A DNA stretch of 64,000 bases from contig JAGVZA010000015.1 in NCBI GenBank assembly GCA_018302985.1, forward strand, positions 1,471-65,470, in the 5' to 3' direction. Shown piece after piece: positions 26,896-37,138 of the stretch. Within the stretch, counting starts at the first letter, position 1. The number at the start of each line of letters is the position of its first letter. The stretch is from Candidatus Woesearchaeota archaeon. GTDB taxonomy: Archaea; Nanobdellota; Nanobdellia; SCGC-AAA011-G17; UBA489. The notes under the pieces are model-generated. The model did not search any database. It was not told the DNA's origin and saw only the letters and a program-made list of their open reading frames with translations. A program made the translations under genes and the position numbers.

Positions 26896-27171
26896 ATGGA
26901 AAAGTTTATAACTAGTACATGCTTCATGCAGAATGCAATGATTGTTGAATTAAGCAAGGGTCGGCAGATCACTATTCCTGCTGAAATTAGAGAACAATTA
27001 AACCTGAAAATAGGGTCAAAATTAGAGATAACTAGAAGAAAAGATGAGATCATTTTAAAACCCTTGGGAGAAGGTCTAGAAAAATTGTTCGCTGAGGCAA
27101 AAACCTTGAAACCAAAACATAATCTTAGTCCTCAACAAATGGATGATTTGAACGAAAGGATGTTGCGATGA
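26896..27171 (+). CDS. vapB: VapB antitoxin (AbrB/SpoVT-type)
   Basis: IVELSKGRQITIPAEIREQLNLKIGSKLEI is a swapped-hairpin motif. ATGA overlap with the PIN gene. The start is possibly at 26938. Confidence 0.75.
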   Translation: MEKFITSTCFMQNAMIVELSKGRQITIPAEIREQLNLKIGSKLEITRRKDEIILKPLGEGLEKLFAEAKTLKPKHNLSPQQMDDLNERMLR

Positions 27172-27539
27172 AATTTCTTGATAGTAATGTTCTTGCTTAT
27201 GCTTTTTATAGTAATGAACATACACAACGATGTCAAGAGATTATTCGTGAAGGAGGATTAATTAATACTGCTAATCTGGTTGAAACTTACAATATTCTTC
27301 AATTTGAAACAAGTCTTGAACGTGCTGCTGCTGCTGTCAAAGAACTTCTCAAATCTAACTTAAAAGTTGTAGACTTAGATATTAATCTTGTTTTTGAAGC
27401 ACTCAAAAGAACTACAAAACATCAACAATTAAAATTTATGGATCTAATTCATTATGTTACTAGCCTTCTTTATAATTGCAGTGAAATTATAAGTTTCGAT
27501 AAAGATTTTGATAATTTAGAAATTCCTCGAACTACTTAA
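27168..27539 (+). CDS. vapC: VapC PIN-domain toxin
   Basis: MKFLDSNVL... with acidic residues spaced as in PIN domains (D5, E, D near ISFDKDF). 123 aa. Confidence 0.85.
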   Translation: MKFLDSNVLAYAFYSNEHTQRCQEIIREGGLINTANLVETYNILQFETSLERAAAAVKELLKSNLKVVDLDINLVFEALKRTTKHQQLKFMDLIHYVTSLLYNCSEIISFDKDFDNLEIPRTT

Positions 27540-28357
27540 ACAGTCAATTCCAAACAGATTCTAGAAACACCTGGGCTATATCTACCACATTCCACAAGAT
27601 TTACTTTCTTGAACCGTCGTTGATAGGCTTTCTTGACAGCTCCAAAGTCATATTCACTGACAAACATATAGAGATAGATTTTTCCCTTGGGTTTTAACTT
27701 AGCCAATGCTAAATCAAGATAGTCTTCAGCTTTTTTTGGGAGAGGCAATAAAATTTTATTAAAGGTTTCTTTTATTTTAGGCATTATTTTTTTGACATCG
27801 CCTTGTTGTACTACAACGTTTTCTAGTTTATTTATTTTAATATTTTCTAGAGCAAATGTATGTGCTTCTTTATTCACCTCTATGCCATATACTAAACTAG
27901 GTTGAGCATTTTTTGCAATGACGCAAGGAAAAGGGCCAACACCTGAAAACATGACTAATACTTTATCTCCTTTCTTGACTTGTTTTGCTACACGTAAACG
28001 CTCAGTCGCAGTTCTCGTAGAGAAATAACAGGTTTCAACGTTTAAACGTAAAGATATACTGTTTTCTTTATGGAGTGTTTCTTTAGTTTTTTCACCTGTA
28101 ATGATAGCAATCTTGGGAGTTCTGTACTTTCCAGTGTATTTACCAGTTTTTTTTGCGACTGTTTTTATATATGGGTTTAATTGCATTAAAGTTTCTGCAA
28201 TGAGCTTTTCTTTTTTCTTCAACTCTTTAGGAAATTCATTGAAAATTGCGATAGACCCAACCATGTCAAATGCTCGAGGCACTAGTTCAAGCTCTTTCTT
28301 GTTCAGTTTCTTTTCCAAAGCTTCGTAGAGTCTCATTTTCTGTTGCCTGTTAGCCAA
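27536..28357 (-). CDS. trm5: Trm5/Tyw2-family tRNA methyltransferase (Met-10+ like)
   Basis: PRAFDMVGSIAIF N-terminal motif. SAM-binding VLVMFSGVGPFPCVIA and the NLP-type region LLPLPKKA. Confidence 0.7.
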   Translation of the reverse strand: MANRQQKMRLYEALEKKLNKKELELVPRAFDMVGSIAIFNEFPKELKKKEKLIAETLMQLNPYIKTVAKKTGKYTGKYRTPKIAIITGEKTKETLHKENSISLRLNVETCYFSTRTATERLRVAKQVKKGDKVLVMFSGVGPFPCVIAKNAQPSLVYGIEVNKEAHTFALENIKINKLENVVVQQGDVKKIMPKIKETFNKILLPLPKKAEDYLDLALAKLKPKGKIYLYMFVSEYDFGAVKKAYQRRFKKVNLVECGRYSPGVSRICLELTV

Positions 28358-29237
28358 TAATCAAATAGGTGGCTAGAACCATTAATACTACTGCAATCAT
28401 CTTCTGTTTCAGTTTATGCTCATGAAAGAGCTCACCGCCAATAATAACTACTAAGAGAGTAGATAATGCAGCTATAGGTGCTACTAAAGAGACTAACCCT
28501 TCACGCAACGCTAAATAGTGACTATAGTTTGCTGCTACATTCAAGAGTGCTGTAATAATTAAAGGCAAAATTAATGTTTTTGCTGTATGCTGCATGCGTG
28601 TAAAATTATGCTGATAGAAAAGTATGAGGATAAAATTAACAGCCATGCCTGCTCGAGTTAGAAAATACAAAGAGTCTGGAGCTACTGCGGTGATGGGCAC
28701 TCTAAGAATTTCAGGGTTTAAGAGGAGTTTCTCAATGATTATGATAATGCTAGACACTCCCGTGGCCAACAAGGTATACATCAGATATTTTTGTCTAAAT
28801 CGATGAAATACTTTGTGAAGCTTCTGCAACTTGATACCTACTTCAACAATGTAAGATCCTGCCACCATCAACAGAATACCTATAAGATTTTTGAGAGAAA
28901 TTTGCTCACCAAATAAGATCATACTAAAAAAAACTACAAATAAGAGGGAAATATTCATTAAAGGCACTGCTTCTGATGATTCTAAGTGTTTGAAGGATAA
29001 TGCTATACAGACAAAAAAAATAGTTAATAATAGAGAAATAGCATACATAAGCAACCAAGCCAAAGGCTCATGACTAAAGGAAACCTCTTTGAGCAAAGGA
29101 AAAGAAAATAAAACTACTAAGATGGACATTACTCCTAAATATTCTAGAGGACGTTCTTTGTGAATATATTTATGAAAAATAAGAAAATAAATGGCAAAAA
29201 AAACTGCAGACAATAAAGAGTAGACATACCAAGTCAT
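28350..29237 (-). CDS. EamA/DMT-family transporter
   Basis: About 10 TM helices in two EamA-like halves. 295 aa. Confidence 0.75.
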   Translation of the reverse strand: MTWYVYSLLSAVFFAIYFLIFHKYIHKERPLEYLGVMSILVVLFSFPLLKEVSFSHEPLAWLLMYAISLLLTIFFVCIALSFKHLESSEAVPLMNISLLFVVFFSMILFGEQISLKNLIGILLMVAGSYIVEVGIKLQKLHKVFHRFRQKYLMYTLLATGVSSIIIIIEKLLLNPEILRVPITAVAPDSLYFLTRAGMAVNFILILFYQHNFTRMQHTAKTLILPLIITALLNVAANYSHYLALREGLVSLVAPIAALSTLLVVIIGGELFHEHKLKQKMIAVVLMVLATYLIIG

Positions 29238-30265
29238 GTGAAGAAATCTCCTAATCCTTTCTGTTCTTTTTTCTTTGTGGTAGCTTTGAGTTTTTCCAAA
29301 GTTGCATCCACGCGTTCTGGAGAGAATTCATGACGATCTACTAAGATTTCCTTTATTTTTTCTACATCTGGTTTTTTCCACTCGAGTGTATACTCTTTAG
29401 TTACAGGCATTTTCTTGAAGAGATCCATAATCTCCTTCCAGTCAAAATCTGCTTCTACTTCCCTGAATAGTTGATCTAAAGATGGATGTTGTTTGACTAG
29501 CTTTAATGCAGTTTTTGGGCCTACACGATGGATACCTGGATGATAGTCAGTTCCAACTAAGATAGCAATAGCAATCAACTGGTCATGAGTAATGCCTAAA
29601 GATTTGAGTACTTCTGGAAGTTCTACTAGTTCAGGCGTTATTTTCACATAAGTACCATTAGGCAATTTTCTTTTTTGGGACAAAGTTAGATTAGTAATAG
29701 AACGAGGACAGCCATGCAAAAGAACATCGACGTCTGAAGTTGCTGCTGCAAAGACCTCTTCTTGCTTACACATATAAGCTATTTGTGCGTCTGATTCAGA
29801 AGGAGCTTGAATTACTGGGAGACCCATTGCTTCCATAAGCTCTCTTGCTTCTGCAGTCATTTCTGAAGAGAGTCTTGTTGTTTGTTTTGCATATTTAGCC
29901 ATGGATTCAATATCTTCCTCTTGCTGTGCTTGCTTTAATTTTTCTGCAGCAAATTCTTTTCTGAGGGCACGCTGTTCTTGTTCTTTTATTTTGAGTATGG
30001 GTGCTTTTCCATCAAGAACAATAGCTAATTGGATGTTTCTTTGCATAAGGTTAGTAAATCTTGTCCAGATGCCCATGAGGTGGCTAGTTATTCTTCCTTT
30101 TGAGTCCATTAGAGGAGTACCGTCTGGTTGTCGAATAGATGAAAGAAATTGATAAGCACTATTGGAAAAATCTATTGCTATTTTTTTCCCTTCGAGGAAC
30201 TCAAATTTAATTTCCTTTCTTGGAATAATGTCTCGTAAATTAACACCCATACTTTTGTCAATCAT
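29234..30265 (-). CDS. fen: flap endonuclease 1
   Basis: XPG-N/XPG-I motifs (MGVNLRDII..., ESDAQIAYM, GTDYHPGI) and a C-terminal PIP-like QKGLGDFF. Confidence 0.95.
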   Translation of the reverse strand: MIDKSMGVNLRDIIPRKEIKFEFLEGKKIAIDFSNSAYQFLSSIRQPDGTPLMDSKGRITSHLMGIWTRFTNLMQRNIQLAIVLDGKAPILKIKEQEQRALRKEFAAEKLKQAQQEEDIESMAKYAKQTTRLSSEMTAEARELMEAMGLPVIQAPSESDAQIAYMCKQEEVFAAATSDVDVLLHGCPRSITNLTLSQKRKLPNGTYVKITPELVELPEVLKSLGITHDQLIAIAILVGTDYHPGIHRVGPKTALKLVKQHPSLDQLFREVEADFDWKEIMDLFKKMPVTKEYTLEWKKPDVEKIKEILVDRHEFSPERVDATLEKLKATTKKKEQKGLGDFFT

Positions 30266-30344
30266 TATGGTTATATAAATATACTTCTTGACTTGCTGAA
30301 TCTTTATAAGGAGCTTTAATCAATAATTTTTAGAGGTAAAAAGA

Positions 30345-30998
30345 GTGATCCATGCAACTACGATGAACCATAGTGGAGGGTTTTATTGCTATAGAGTGCA
30401 TGAGCCTAAACTTAATGGGTTATGTGCGTCCAATGGTTTTTTATCTGTCAAGAATTTTTTGCAACAAGTTTTCCATGAACGACCCGATGCATATTTTAAC
30501 AAAGGACCAAGAAGCAGCATGTTAAAATTCAAATTACCTTGTGATCCTCTCCAAGTACAGGGCCATGAAGTTTCTACTTTAGCACGGTTAGGACTAGAAT
30601 TAAATAAAGAACGCTTCAAAGATGCTCATTCTCAAGTGCAGATGTACATGCTCGAAAATGATCAAAATACTGTAGCCATGGAAGTCCCTCTCTGGCTGGA
30701 AAAAGAAGAATTAGAAAGCTACAAAAAAATTATGGAAAGCACACAACCTTTGACAGGACATATTGATGTTTTACGTGTTGAAGGAGATAAAGTCTGGATA
30801 TGGGATTATAAACCGAATGCTCATAAAGAAAAATTTGCTGCAACTCAAGTCTATTTCTATGCCTTAATGTTAAGCAGAAGAACCAACCTGTCTTTAGATC
30901 ATTTTAGATGTGGTTTTTTTGATGCTAAAACTGCTTTTGTGTTTCAACCTACACAACAACTTATTACGAAGAATATGGAACTAGCTGCCTTTACTTAA
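30345..30998 (+). CDS. PD-(D/E)XK-superfamily nuclease-like protein
   Basis: GHIDVLRVEGDKVWIWDYKP (D...D-x-K) followed by QVYFYALML (Q..Y), as in RecB/Cas4-like nuclease cores. Confidence 0.5.
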   Translation: MIHATTMNHSGGFYCYRVHEPKLNGLCASNGFLSVKNFLQQVFHERPDAYFNKGPRSSMLKFKLPCDPLQVQGHEVSTLARLGLELNKERFKDAHSQVQMYMLENDQNTVAMEVPLWLEKEELESYKKIMESTQPLTGHIDVLRVEGDKVWIWDYKPNAHKEKFAATQVYFYALMLSRRTNLSLDHFRCGFFDAKTAFVFQPTQQLITKNMELAAFT

Positions 30999-31742
30999 GA
31001 CTATTTCTTCAAGCGTCTGCATGAACTTCTGCATATGATAAGGAGTTCTGTTGTTTTGAGGAACGATACCTTTTGGATTCTCTTTAGTAGGAAAGTTTTT
31101 TTGCCATACTTGTTGCAATGCTTGATAAGTTACATCACTTAACTTACCATCGACTGCTAAAAGATTTTCAGGATTCTCTTCATTGTAGATTTCTTGAAAT
31201 TGTACTATTGCTCTTCTGGATTCTCTACCTAAATCTCCATCTAATTGTAGTGCTGTTCCAAGAAGATCATTTAATTGTTGTTGTATACGTGCATTTTTAG
31301 GTGCTAATCTGCCTGAGTTATAAGCTGCAACAGCTAAAGAAACATTTCCATAAAATGCAAAATTGTCTTGTAAGAGTCTTTCTCCATAGGCTCTATTAAT
31401 CTCTGGTTGTAATAAACTTTGTTTGATTTCTTCAGGAGTTGTTCCTAAGCGTGGTAAGTCTTCATGTTTTTTTTCTAATACTCTAGCAGTTTGTGTTAAA
31501 ATCTGCATTGATCCATAACTAGTATCATTAATGTGAGGCTCATATCTCCGTGCTTTAGGGTTACCGTGAGATTCTATTTGAATAATTGCATTGACTACAT
31601 ATTGATCTATAGTGGTAGGCATATAATTATTTTTTTGTTGCTCGACAGATGTTTTTTCAATTTGTCGTTTTCCTGGAAGATCATGGAGCAAGGTTATTCC
31701 CCCTCCGACTACCAAAGCAGCCACTAAACCATACATTTTCAT
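30981..31742 (-). CDS. membrane-anchored lytic transglycosylase (SLT domain) with C-terminal peptidoglycan-binding domain
   Basis: SLT motifs IIQIESHGNP...SYGSMQI...AYNSG. PG_binding_1-like LQLDGDLGRESRRAIVQFQ...LAVDGKLSDVTYQAL. N-terminal TM. Confidence 0.8.
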   Translation of the reverse strand: MKMYGLVAALVVGGGITLLHDLPGKRQIEKTSVEQQKNNYMPTTIDQYVVNAIIQIESHGNPKARRYEPHINDTSYGSMQILTQTARVLEKKHEDLPRLGTTPEEIKQSLLQPEINRAYGERLLQDNFAFYGNVSLAVAAYNSGRLAPKNARIQQQLNDLLGTALQLDGDLGRESRRAIVQFQEIYNEENPENLLAVDGKLSDVTYQALQQVWQKNFPTKENPKGIVPQNNRTPYHMQKFMQTLEEIVLSKGS

Positions 31743-32467
31743 TTTCTTAATCTACTCCTCTCTAATAATTCTAATGCTTTAATATGCTTATCTCCAATAG
31801 ACTCTATTTCTTTTTCTAAATTTTGTGTACCTTCGGCGCTTGCGTTACGTACCCCAGCAAATCGACCGCCGCCAAGGCCGCTGAGGCCACCGAGGCTGAG
31901 GCTGCCAACGCCCAGAAAGAGCAAACGCGCCAAAGGTGAATTTTTGTTAAGATCGTTAGCATGCCAGATGCCAATCTCATCTTTGTTATATGCTTTTGCG
32001 TGTGCTTGTAAATAGCGTGCTACACGTGCTTGACCGTCTAATATAGCAATAACTCGTGGATCTTTTTCTGCATCTTTAATGTTTATAGGATCTGATGGCA
32101 ATTCTAACAATTTACGATGAGGAATAACAAGATGTTGATGTTGTGCTGCTGCTAAAGCATATATAGTATCAAACATTATCTGAGGAAAACGACCAGCACC
32201 ATTTACTAAACCTTGCATGTTTGCTTGTTGAAGACCATAAGGCGTTGCAAAATCAGTTTGCTGATGCCAATAAATAGTGAAAGCTTCTTTTTCTCCTGTT
32301 GGTATTCCTGTAACTACAAGACTTGGTGTAGTAATAAATCTATTCCAGGGCAATTCTCCTTCTAAACGAGCATCTACTGCTTGAGGCATATAAAGTGCTG
32401 TATGCTTTTTCTGACAGTTTGCAAGAGCTTGTTCTATACGATCATGATGGAATAATTCTACTTTCAT
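31739..32467 (-). CDS. hypothetical protein, translationally coupled to the lytic transglycosylase
   Basis: 242-aa ORF whose stop overlaps the downstream start by 4 nt. GC-rich Gly/Leu/Ser tail (GVGSLSLGGLSGLGGGRFAGV). Confidence 0.5.
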   Translation of the reverse strand: MKVELFHHDRIEQALANCQKKHTALYMPQAVDARLEGELPWNRFITTPSLVVTGIPTGEKEAFTIYWHQQTDFATPYGLQQANMQGLVNGAGRFPQIMFDTIYALAAAQHQHLVIPHRKLLELPSDPINIKDAEKDPRVIAILDGQARVARYLQAHAKAYNKDEIGIWHANDLNKNSPLARLLFLGVGSLSLGGLSGLGGGRFAGVRNASAEGTQNLEKEIESIGDKHIKALELLERSRLRK

Positions 32468-32544
32468 TTTATTACTCTATAGTAGTTAATAGTATATAAG
32501 GATATTGGTTAGTTATTTAAACCCCTATCTGATTTTTAAGGATT

Positions 32545-33411
32545 ATGGAACCATGGATTCTTTCAGGCAAAATATCATCACAGGCACGAGAATATGGTAA
32601 AACACTCTGTGTTCCAGGTGCTAGGATTGTTGATATTGCTGACAAAGTAGAACAAAAAATTATAGCCTTAGGCGGCAAACCAGCATTCCCTGTTGATATT
32701 TCTTTGAACACTATGGCTGCTCATTACTGTCCTTTTGTCGATGACCCTGTCATTGTCCAGAAAGGTGATCTCTTAAAATTAGATTTAGGAACTCATATTG
32801 AAGGTCATGTCACTGATACTGCTGTAACTATTGAAGTTGGTGGCGTTGACAAATACAAAAAAATGCGAGAAGCTGTTACTGCTGCTTTGAAAGCCGCTAT
32901 AGATGTTGTAAGCCCTGGTGTTCAAGTTGGCAAAATTGGTGCTGCTGTAGAAGAAGTTATTACAGGTTATGGTTATAATCCGATTCGCAATCTCTGTGGA
33001 CATGGTGTAGGTCTATGGGAAGTACATACTAAACCTACGATTCCTAATTATGATAATAAAGATCCGACTAAACTAACAGAAGGACAAAGAATTGCTATTG
33101 AACCTTTTGTTACAGATGGTGAAGGTATGATCAAAGAAGGCAAACCCTCTGGCATTTATGCTTTAATTAATCCTAAACCTGTTCGTCTTGATGGAGCAAG
33201 AAAAATGATTCAGCATATCATGAAAGAATGGAAGACCCTACCTTTTACTGTACGTTGGCTTAAACAATTTCCTAATTATCAATTTCTCTTAAACTATTTA
33301 GAAAAAGAACAAGTGATTTCACAATATGGACAATTACCAGAAAAAAGCGGTGGCCTAGTCACGCAAGAAGAACACACAATCATGGTTGGCACTGGTGTGT
33401 TGACAAAATAG
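32545..33411 (+). CDS. map: methionine aminopeptidase, type 2
   Basis: AAHYCP, DLGTHIEGH, GHGVG, AIEPF and QEEHT metal-ligand blocks. Confidence 0.9.
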   Translation: MEPWILSGKISSQAREYGKTLCVPGARIVDIADKVEQKIIALGGKPAFPVDISLNTMAAHYCPFVDDPVIVQKGDLLKLDLGTHIEGHVTDTAVTIEVGGVDKYKKMREAVTAALKAAIDVVSPGVQVGKIGAAVEEVITGYGYNPIRNLCGHGVGLWEVHTKPTIPNYDNKDPTKLTEGQRIAIEPFVTDGEGMIKEGKPSGIYALINPKPVRLDGARKMIQHIMKEWKTLPFTVRWLKQFPNYQFLLNYLEKEQVISQYGQLPEKSGGLVTQEEHTIMVGTGVLTK

Positions 33412-33909
33412 TTATCTCAATATACCCTCATAGGGTCTTGGAGCTGGAAATTCTTTTGCAAAAACAGTATCTTGATTATGCTGTGAGTATAATGCTGTTG
33501 TAAACAAAGCTCTATAGCCAGTAACTGTTAGAAAATTAATCATAGTCGTTACTCTTGTATCAGCATCCACCATAATTCTTGCAAATGAGTGAGGGTCAGT
33601 TTCTTCTACTTGCCTTAGTAAAAAATGTGCTAGATCTCTTCTTCGCCATCGTGGATGAATACGAATATTTTTTATTTCTCTTGTCTGAGGTAATTGTTTA
33701 TGAGGCTGAAAAATGATATCTCCTACTACATGACCATTACTATAAGCTACAAATGCAGTCTTCCATTGTGTTTGAATATCAGGGAGACAGACTTGCTCTA
33801 CCCAACGTTCATAGTCAGGATACCATAAAGCTTGTGATAATAGAAAACCACGAAGTTTTTTTAATTCTCTTTCATCCGTTACTGCTCTAACTAATAAATC
33901 GAGAACCAT
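33412..33909 (-). CDS. GNAT-family N-acetyltransferase
   Basis: Acetyl-CoA motif A region IRIHPRWRRRDLAHFLLRQVEE. Confidence 0.75.
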   Translation of the reverse strand: MVLDLLVRAVTDERELKKLRGFLLSQALWYPDYERWVEQVCLPDIQTQWKTAFVAYSNGHVVGDIIFQPHKQLPQTREIKNIRIHPRWRRRDLAHFLLRQVEETDPHSFARIMVDADTRVTTMINFLTVTGYRALFTTALYSQHNQDTVFAKEFPAPRPYEGILR

Positions 33910-33971
33910 AGAGACTTTTTTCTTATCAGGTTATAAAAAAGTATCGGAAACTATTTGTCCTAGGAAAGAGA

Positions 33972-36674
33972 CTAACCTAAATAACTTGGTCTTTGTGCAA
34001 CGACAGAAGCAATCTTTGCCTTTCTCAAGTATTTTTCTTCCACATCTTTATATCTCTTGAGATCTTCTTCTTTTAATGATGGAGAAACTTTCTTGAGCGC
34101 TTCTTCGAAATCTGCAGCAGTTACTTCATTAGCTTCTGCATTCTTACGCAGGGCATGCATAGCTGCTTCCCTAACTAAACCATAAATATCTGCACCAGAA
34201 TAACCTTCTGTTTTTTCTGCCAACTTGTCAATGTCAACATCTTTAGTTAGAGGCATTTTTCCTATATGTACTTTTAAGATTGCTAGACGAGAGTCTTTAC
34301 CAGGCATAGGCGCTGCAATAACGCGATCGAAACGACCAGGACGCAATAAACTAGGATCTACTAGATCTGGGCGATTAGTTGCTGCAATAACAACAACGTC
34401 TGCTAATTCTTCTAGACCATCCATTTCTACCAACATGGTGTTGACTATTCTTTCTGTGACATTTGAACCTGAATCTGTACCTCTTCGCGGAGCAACAGCA
34501 TCAATTTCATCAAAGAAAATAATTGTCGGAGCAGTTTGACGAGCTTTCTCGAAAATCTTTCTGACTGCTTTTTCTGATTCTCCTACCCATTTACTTAAGA
34601 CTTCTGGACCTTTGACTGAAATAAAATTAGCTTCAGATTCATGAGCAACAGCCCTTGCTAACATAGTCTTACCAGTACCTGGAGGACCGTAGATAAGAAT
34701 ACCACGAGGAGGCTTGATACCTAAGCGTGAGAACATTTTTGGATTTTTTAGAGGCCATTCTACAGCTTCTTTCAATTGTTGTTTTAGTTCTTGTAAGCCG
34801 CCAACATCTTCCCACGTAGTGGTTGGTCTTTCAATAAGGACTTCACGTAATGCAGAGGGACGAACTATTTTTAATGCTGCTCTAAAATCTTCTGCAGTGA
34901 TGACTAACTTAGCCAATACTTCTGGAGAAATTTTTTCACTTTCACCCTTTAAATCTGGCAGTACTCGACGGATAACATTCATAGCAGCTTCTTTGCATAA
35001 TGCCTGCAAGTCTGCACCTACAAACCCGTGTGTGATATCTGCCAATCTCTCAAGATCTTTCTTTGCACTCTTATCTCTTATTTTATTAAAAAAGTTTGAG
35101 TTTATGATTTTGAATTCCTTTAAATCTTTTATAATAATTTCATAATTTTCAGAAAGTTTTGCCTTTTTCTTTTCTAAGAGGATACTCCTTGCTTCTCCTT
35201 CTTCTATTTTTACTTTATTTGTTTCTATTTGTGAAATTTCTGTAATGAGTTCGTTTAACTTGTCTTTTTTTATAAATAATTCATGGTAGCCTTCTATTTT
35301 TTCTATTTTTGAGATCAAGCCTGTAATAACATTAGTTAGCTTATCTAATAGGGATTTCTCTCCTGCTTTTTTTAATTTTAAATCATTAAGTTGTTGTTCT
35401 GTTTTTTCTCTTTCTATTTTATTTTCTTTTAGATAACTCTCTAATTCATGCAATAATTCCTTTCCCATTATTTCTTTATCTAGTTGCCCTTCGATAGGCA
35501 TATTTCTAGTGTGGATCTTTAAAACATTTAGTCTACCAGCTTTGTTTGGGACACCAATAGATATTTCTCGATCAAATCTACCTGGACGTCTGAGTGCGGG
35601 ATCAATAGAATTAGGACGATTGGTTGCTCCGATAACGACGACACGACCACGACTTTTTAGTCCGTCCATAACCGTTAAAAGCTGCGAAACCATACGACGT
35701 TCTACTTCGCCATAAGTTTCATCGCGCTTTGGTGCGAGAGCATCTATTTCATCAATGAATATAATGGAAGGAGCATTTTTTTCTGCCTCTTCGAAGAGAT
35801 CGCGAATTCTTTTTTCTGTTTCACCGTAGAATTTGGAAGTTAATTCTGGACCATTGACTAGTAAGAAATTTGCTTCAGATTCATTAGCGACTGCTTTTGC
35901 CAATAAGGTTTTACCAGTACCTGGAGGACCATAAAGCAATACTCCTTTTGGAGGTTCGACGCCGAGACGTTCGAAAATTTCTGGATTCTTAATAGGAAGT
36001 TCAACCATTTCTCGAAGTTTTTTAATTTCTTCTTCTAGACCACCAATATCTTCATAAGTTACATCAGGAACACGTTCTTCAGTTACTTGCACAGCTTTGG
36101 ATGAAACTTTGACTTCAGTATTTTCTGTGATGATTACTGCAGTTTTTGGCGTTGTCTCTGCAACAATAAATTTCAGACTACCAAAACCAAAATTGCCCAT
36201 GAATCCTTCTTCGAATACATTAAAAATATCATCGAAATTAGAGCCAGATAAGGTTCTTCTTCTTCGACGTGCACCGCCTAAAGAAATAATATCTCCTTTG
36301 ACTACTGCTCGCCCTAATAATCCTTGCTTGAATAATTCATTATTGGCCTGGATCATAACTCCTTGTTGTGCTGGAGCTATAGTAATGGATTTTGCTTCAC
36401 GAACTTCTAATTTTCTTACTTTAACAGTTTCTCCAATACCAGTTTTAGCATTACGTCTGAGAATACCATCCATACGAATAATAGTTTGACCAATGTCTGA
36501 GGGATAAGAACGATCTACAATACCAACTGTTTTACGACCACCTTCAATTTCAATAATATCTCCTGCTCGAACATCAATTTGGCGCATAGTTTGCGCATCA
36601 ATACGCACAATACCTTTATACGCTTCTTCTTGCAAAGCTTCTTGTACTTTGAGCGAGATTTCTTGTTGTGTCAT
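33972..36674 (-). CDS. cdc48: CDC48/VCP AAA+ ATPase with a roughly 145-aa coiled-coil insertion in D1
   Basis: N-domain, two GPPGTGKT Walker A motifs and two DEID Walker B motifs. 900 aa. The insertion lies between KIHTRNMPI and [13 protein letters not shown] (nt about 35055-35492). Confidence 0.95.
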   Translation of the reverse strand: MTQQEISLKVQEALQEEAYKGIVRIDAQTMRQIDVRAGDIIEIEGGRKTVGIVDRSYPSDIGQTIIRMDGILRRNAKTGIGETVKVRKLEVREAKSITIAPAQQGVMIQANNELFKQGLLGRAVVKGDIISLGGARRRRRTLSGSNFDDIFNVFEEGFMGNFGFGSLKFIVAETTPKTAVIITENTEVKVSSKAVQVTEERVPDVTYEDIGGLEEEIKKLREMVELPIKNPEIFERLGVEPPKGVLLYGPPGTGKTLLAKAVANESEANFLLVNGPELTSKFYGETEKRIRDLFEEAEKNAPSIIFIDEIDALAPKRDETYGEVERRMVSQLLTVMDGLKSRGRVVVIGATNRPNSIDPALRRPGRFDREISIGVPNKAGRLNVLKIHTRNMPIEGQLDKEIMGKELLHELESYLKENKIEREKTEQQLNDLKLKKAGEKSLLDKLTNVITGLISKIEKIEGYHELFIKKDKLNELITEISQIETNKVKIEEGEARSILLEKKKAKLSENYEIIIKDLKEFKIINSNFFNKIRDKSAKKDLERLADITHGFVGADLQALCKEAAMNVIRRVLPDLKGESEKISPEVLAKLVITAEDFRAALKIVRPSALREVLIERPTTTWEDVGGLQELKQQLKEAVEWPLKNPKMFSRLGIKPPRGILIYGPPGTGKTMLARAVAHESEANFISVKGPEVLSKWVGESEKAVRKIFEKARQTAPTIIFFDEIDAVAPRRGTDSGSNVTERIVNTMLVEMDGLEELADVVVIAATNRPDLVDPSLLRPGRFDRVIAAPMPGKDSRLAILKVHIGKMPLTKDVDIDKLAEKTEGYSGADIYGLVREAAMHALRKNAEANEVTAADFEEALKKVSPSLKEEDLKRYKDVEEKYLRKAKIASVVAQRPSYLG

Positions 36675-36679
36675 TGTAG

Positions 36680-37054
36680 TTACTTCGTAAAATCATCCTT
36701 CATAAATCTTTTCAATTTTCCTGAGAAAAAGAGGCTTAATTTTTCTGGACCTTCCAGTGACATGCGAATGAAGTCGTTCATTTCTCTTTGCATTTCCTCT
36801 TCAAAGTCAATAATCTCTCTTGGAATGGAGACAGTATAAGAATTACCTACTAAACGGAGTTTGACTTTGAATTCTTTGTTTTGAAGCAGTTTGAAGCTTT
36901 CATATTCCTGCTGATCTAAGGGATGGGGCCAAAGCTTTTGGCATTCGTTACAACGCCAAGCACGTATTTGAAAACCTTCTTTAGTCAGAATGATTTTGTT
37001 AGTCTTCTGATTACAGTCTTCACATACCATTGTCGTTTCGAATATATCTTTCAT
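36680..37054 (-). CDS. zinc-ribbon plus AbrB-like small protein, immediately upstream of cdc48
   Basis: CEDCN...CNEC zinc ribbon, then VKLRLVGNSYTVSIPREIIDF (swapped-hairpin-like). There is a 5-nt gap to the cdc48 start. Confidence 0.5.
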   Translation of the reverse strand: MKDIFETTMVCEDCNQKTNKIILTKEGFQIRAWRCNECQKLWPHPLDQQEYESFKLLQNKEFKVKLRLVGNSYTVSIPREIIDFEEEMQREMNDFIRMSLEGPEKLSLFFSGKLKRFMKDDFTK

Positions 37055-37138
37055 GTGTATACGGATGAGTGTATACTATTTAAAGATTTCGCTTGGGAGA
37101 ACTAAATAGTTTTAAAGAGTACTTTCTTTGCTTTTCTT

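Noticed and set aside
35055-35492. CDC48 insertion as an intein
   Set aside because: There is no Cys/Ser/Thr at the N-junction block, no terminal HN plus nucleophile, and no endonuclease motifs. The composition is a Lys/Glu coiled coil, so it is an ordinary insertion.
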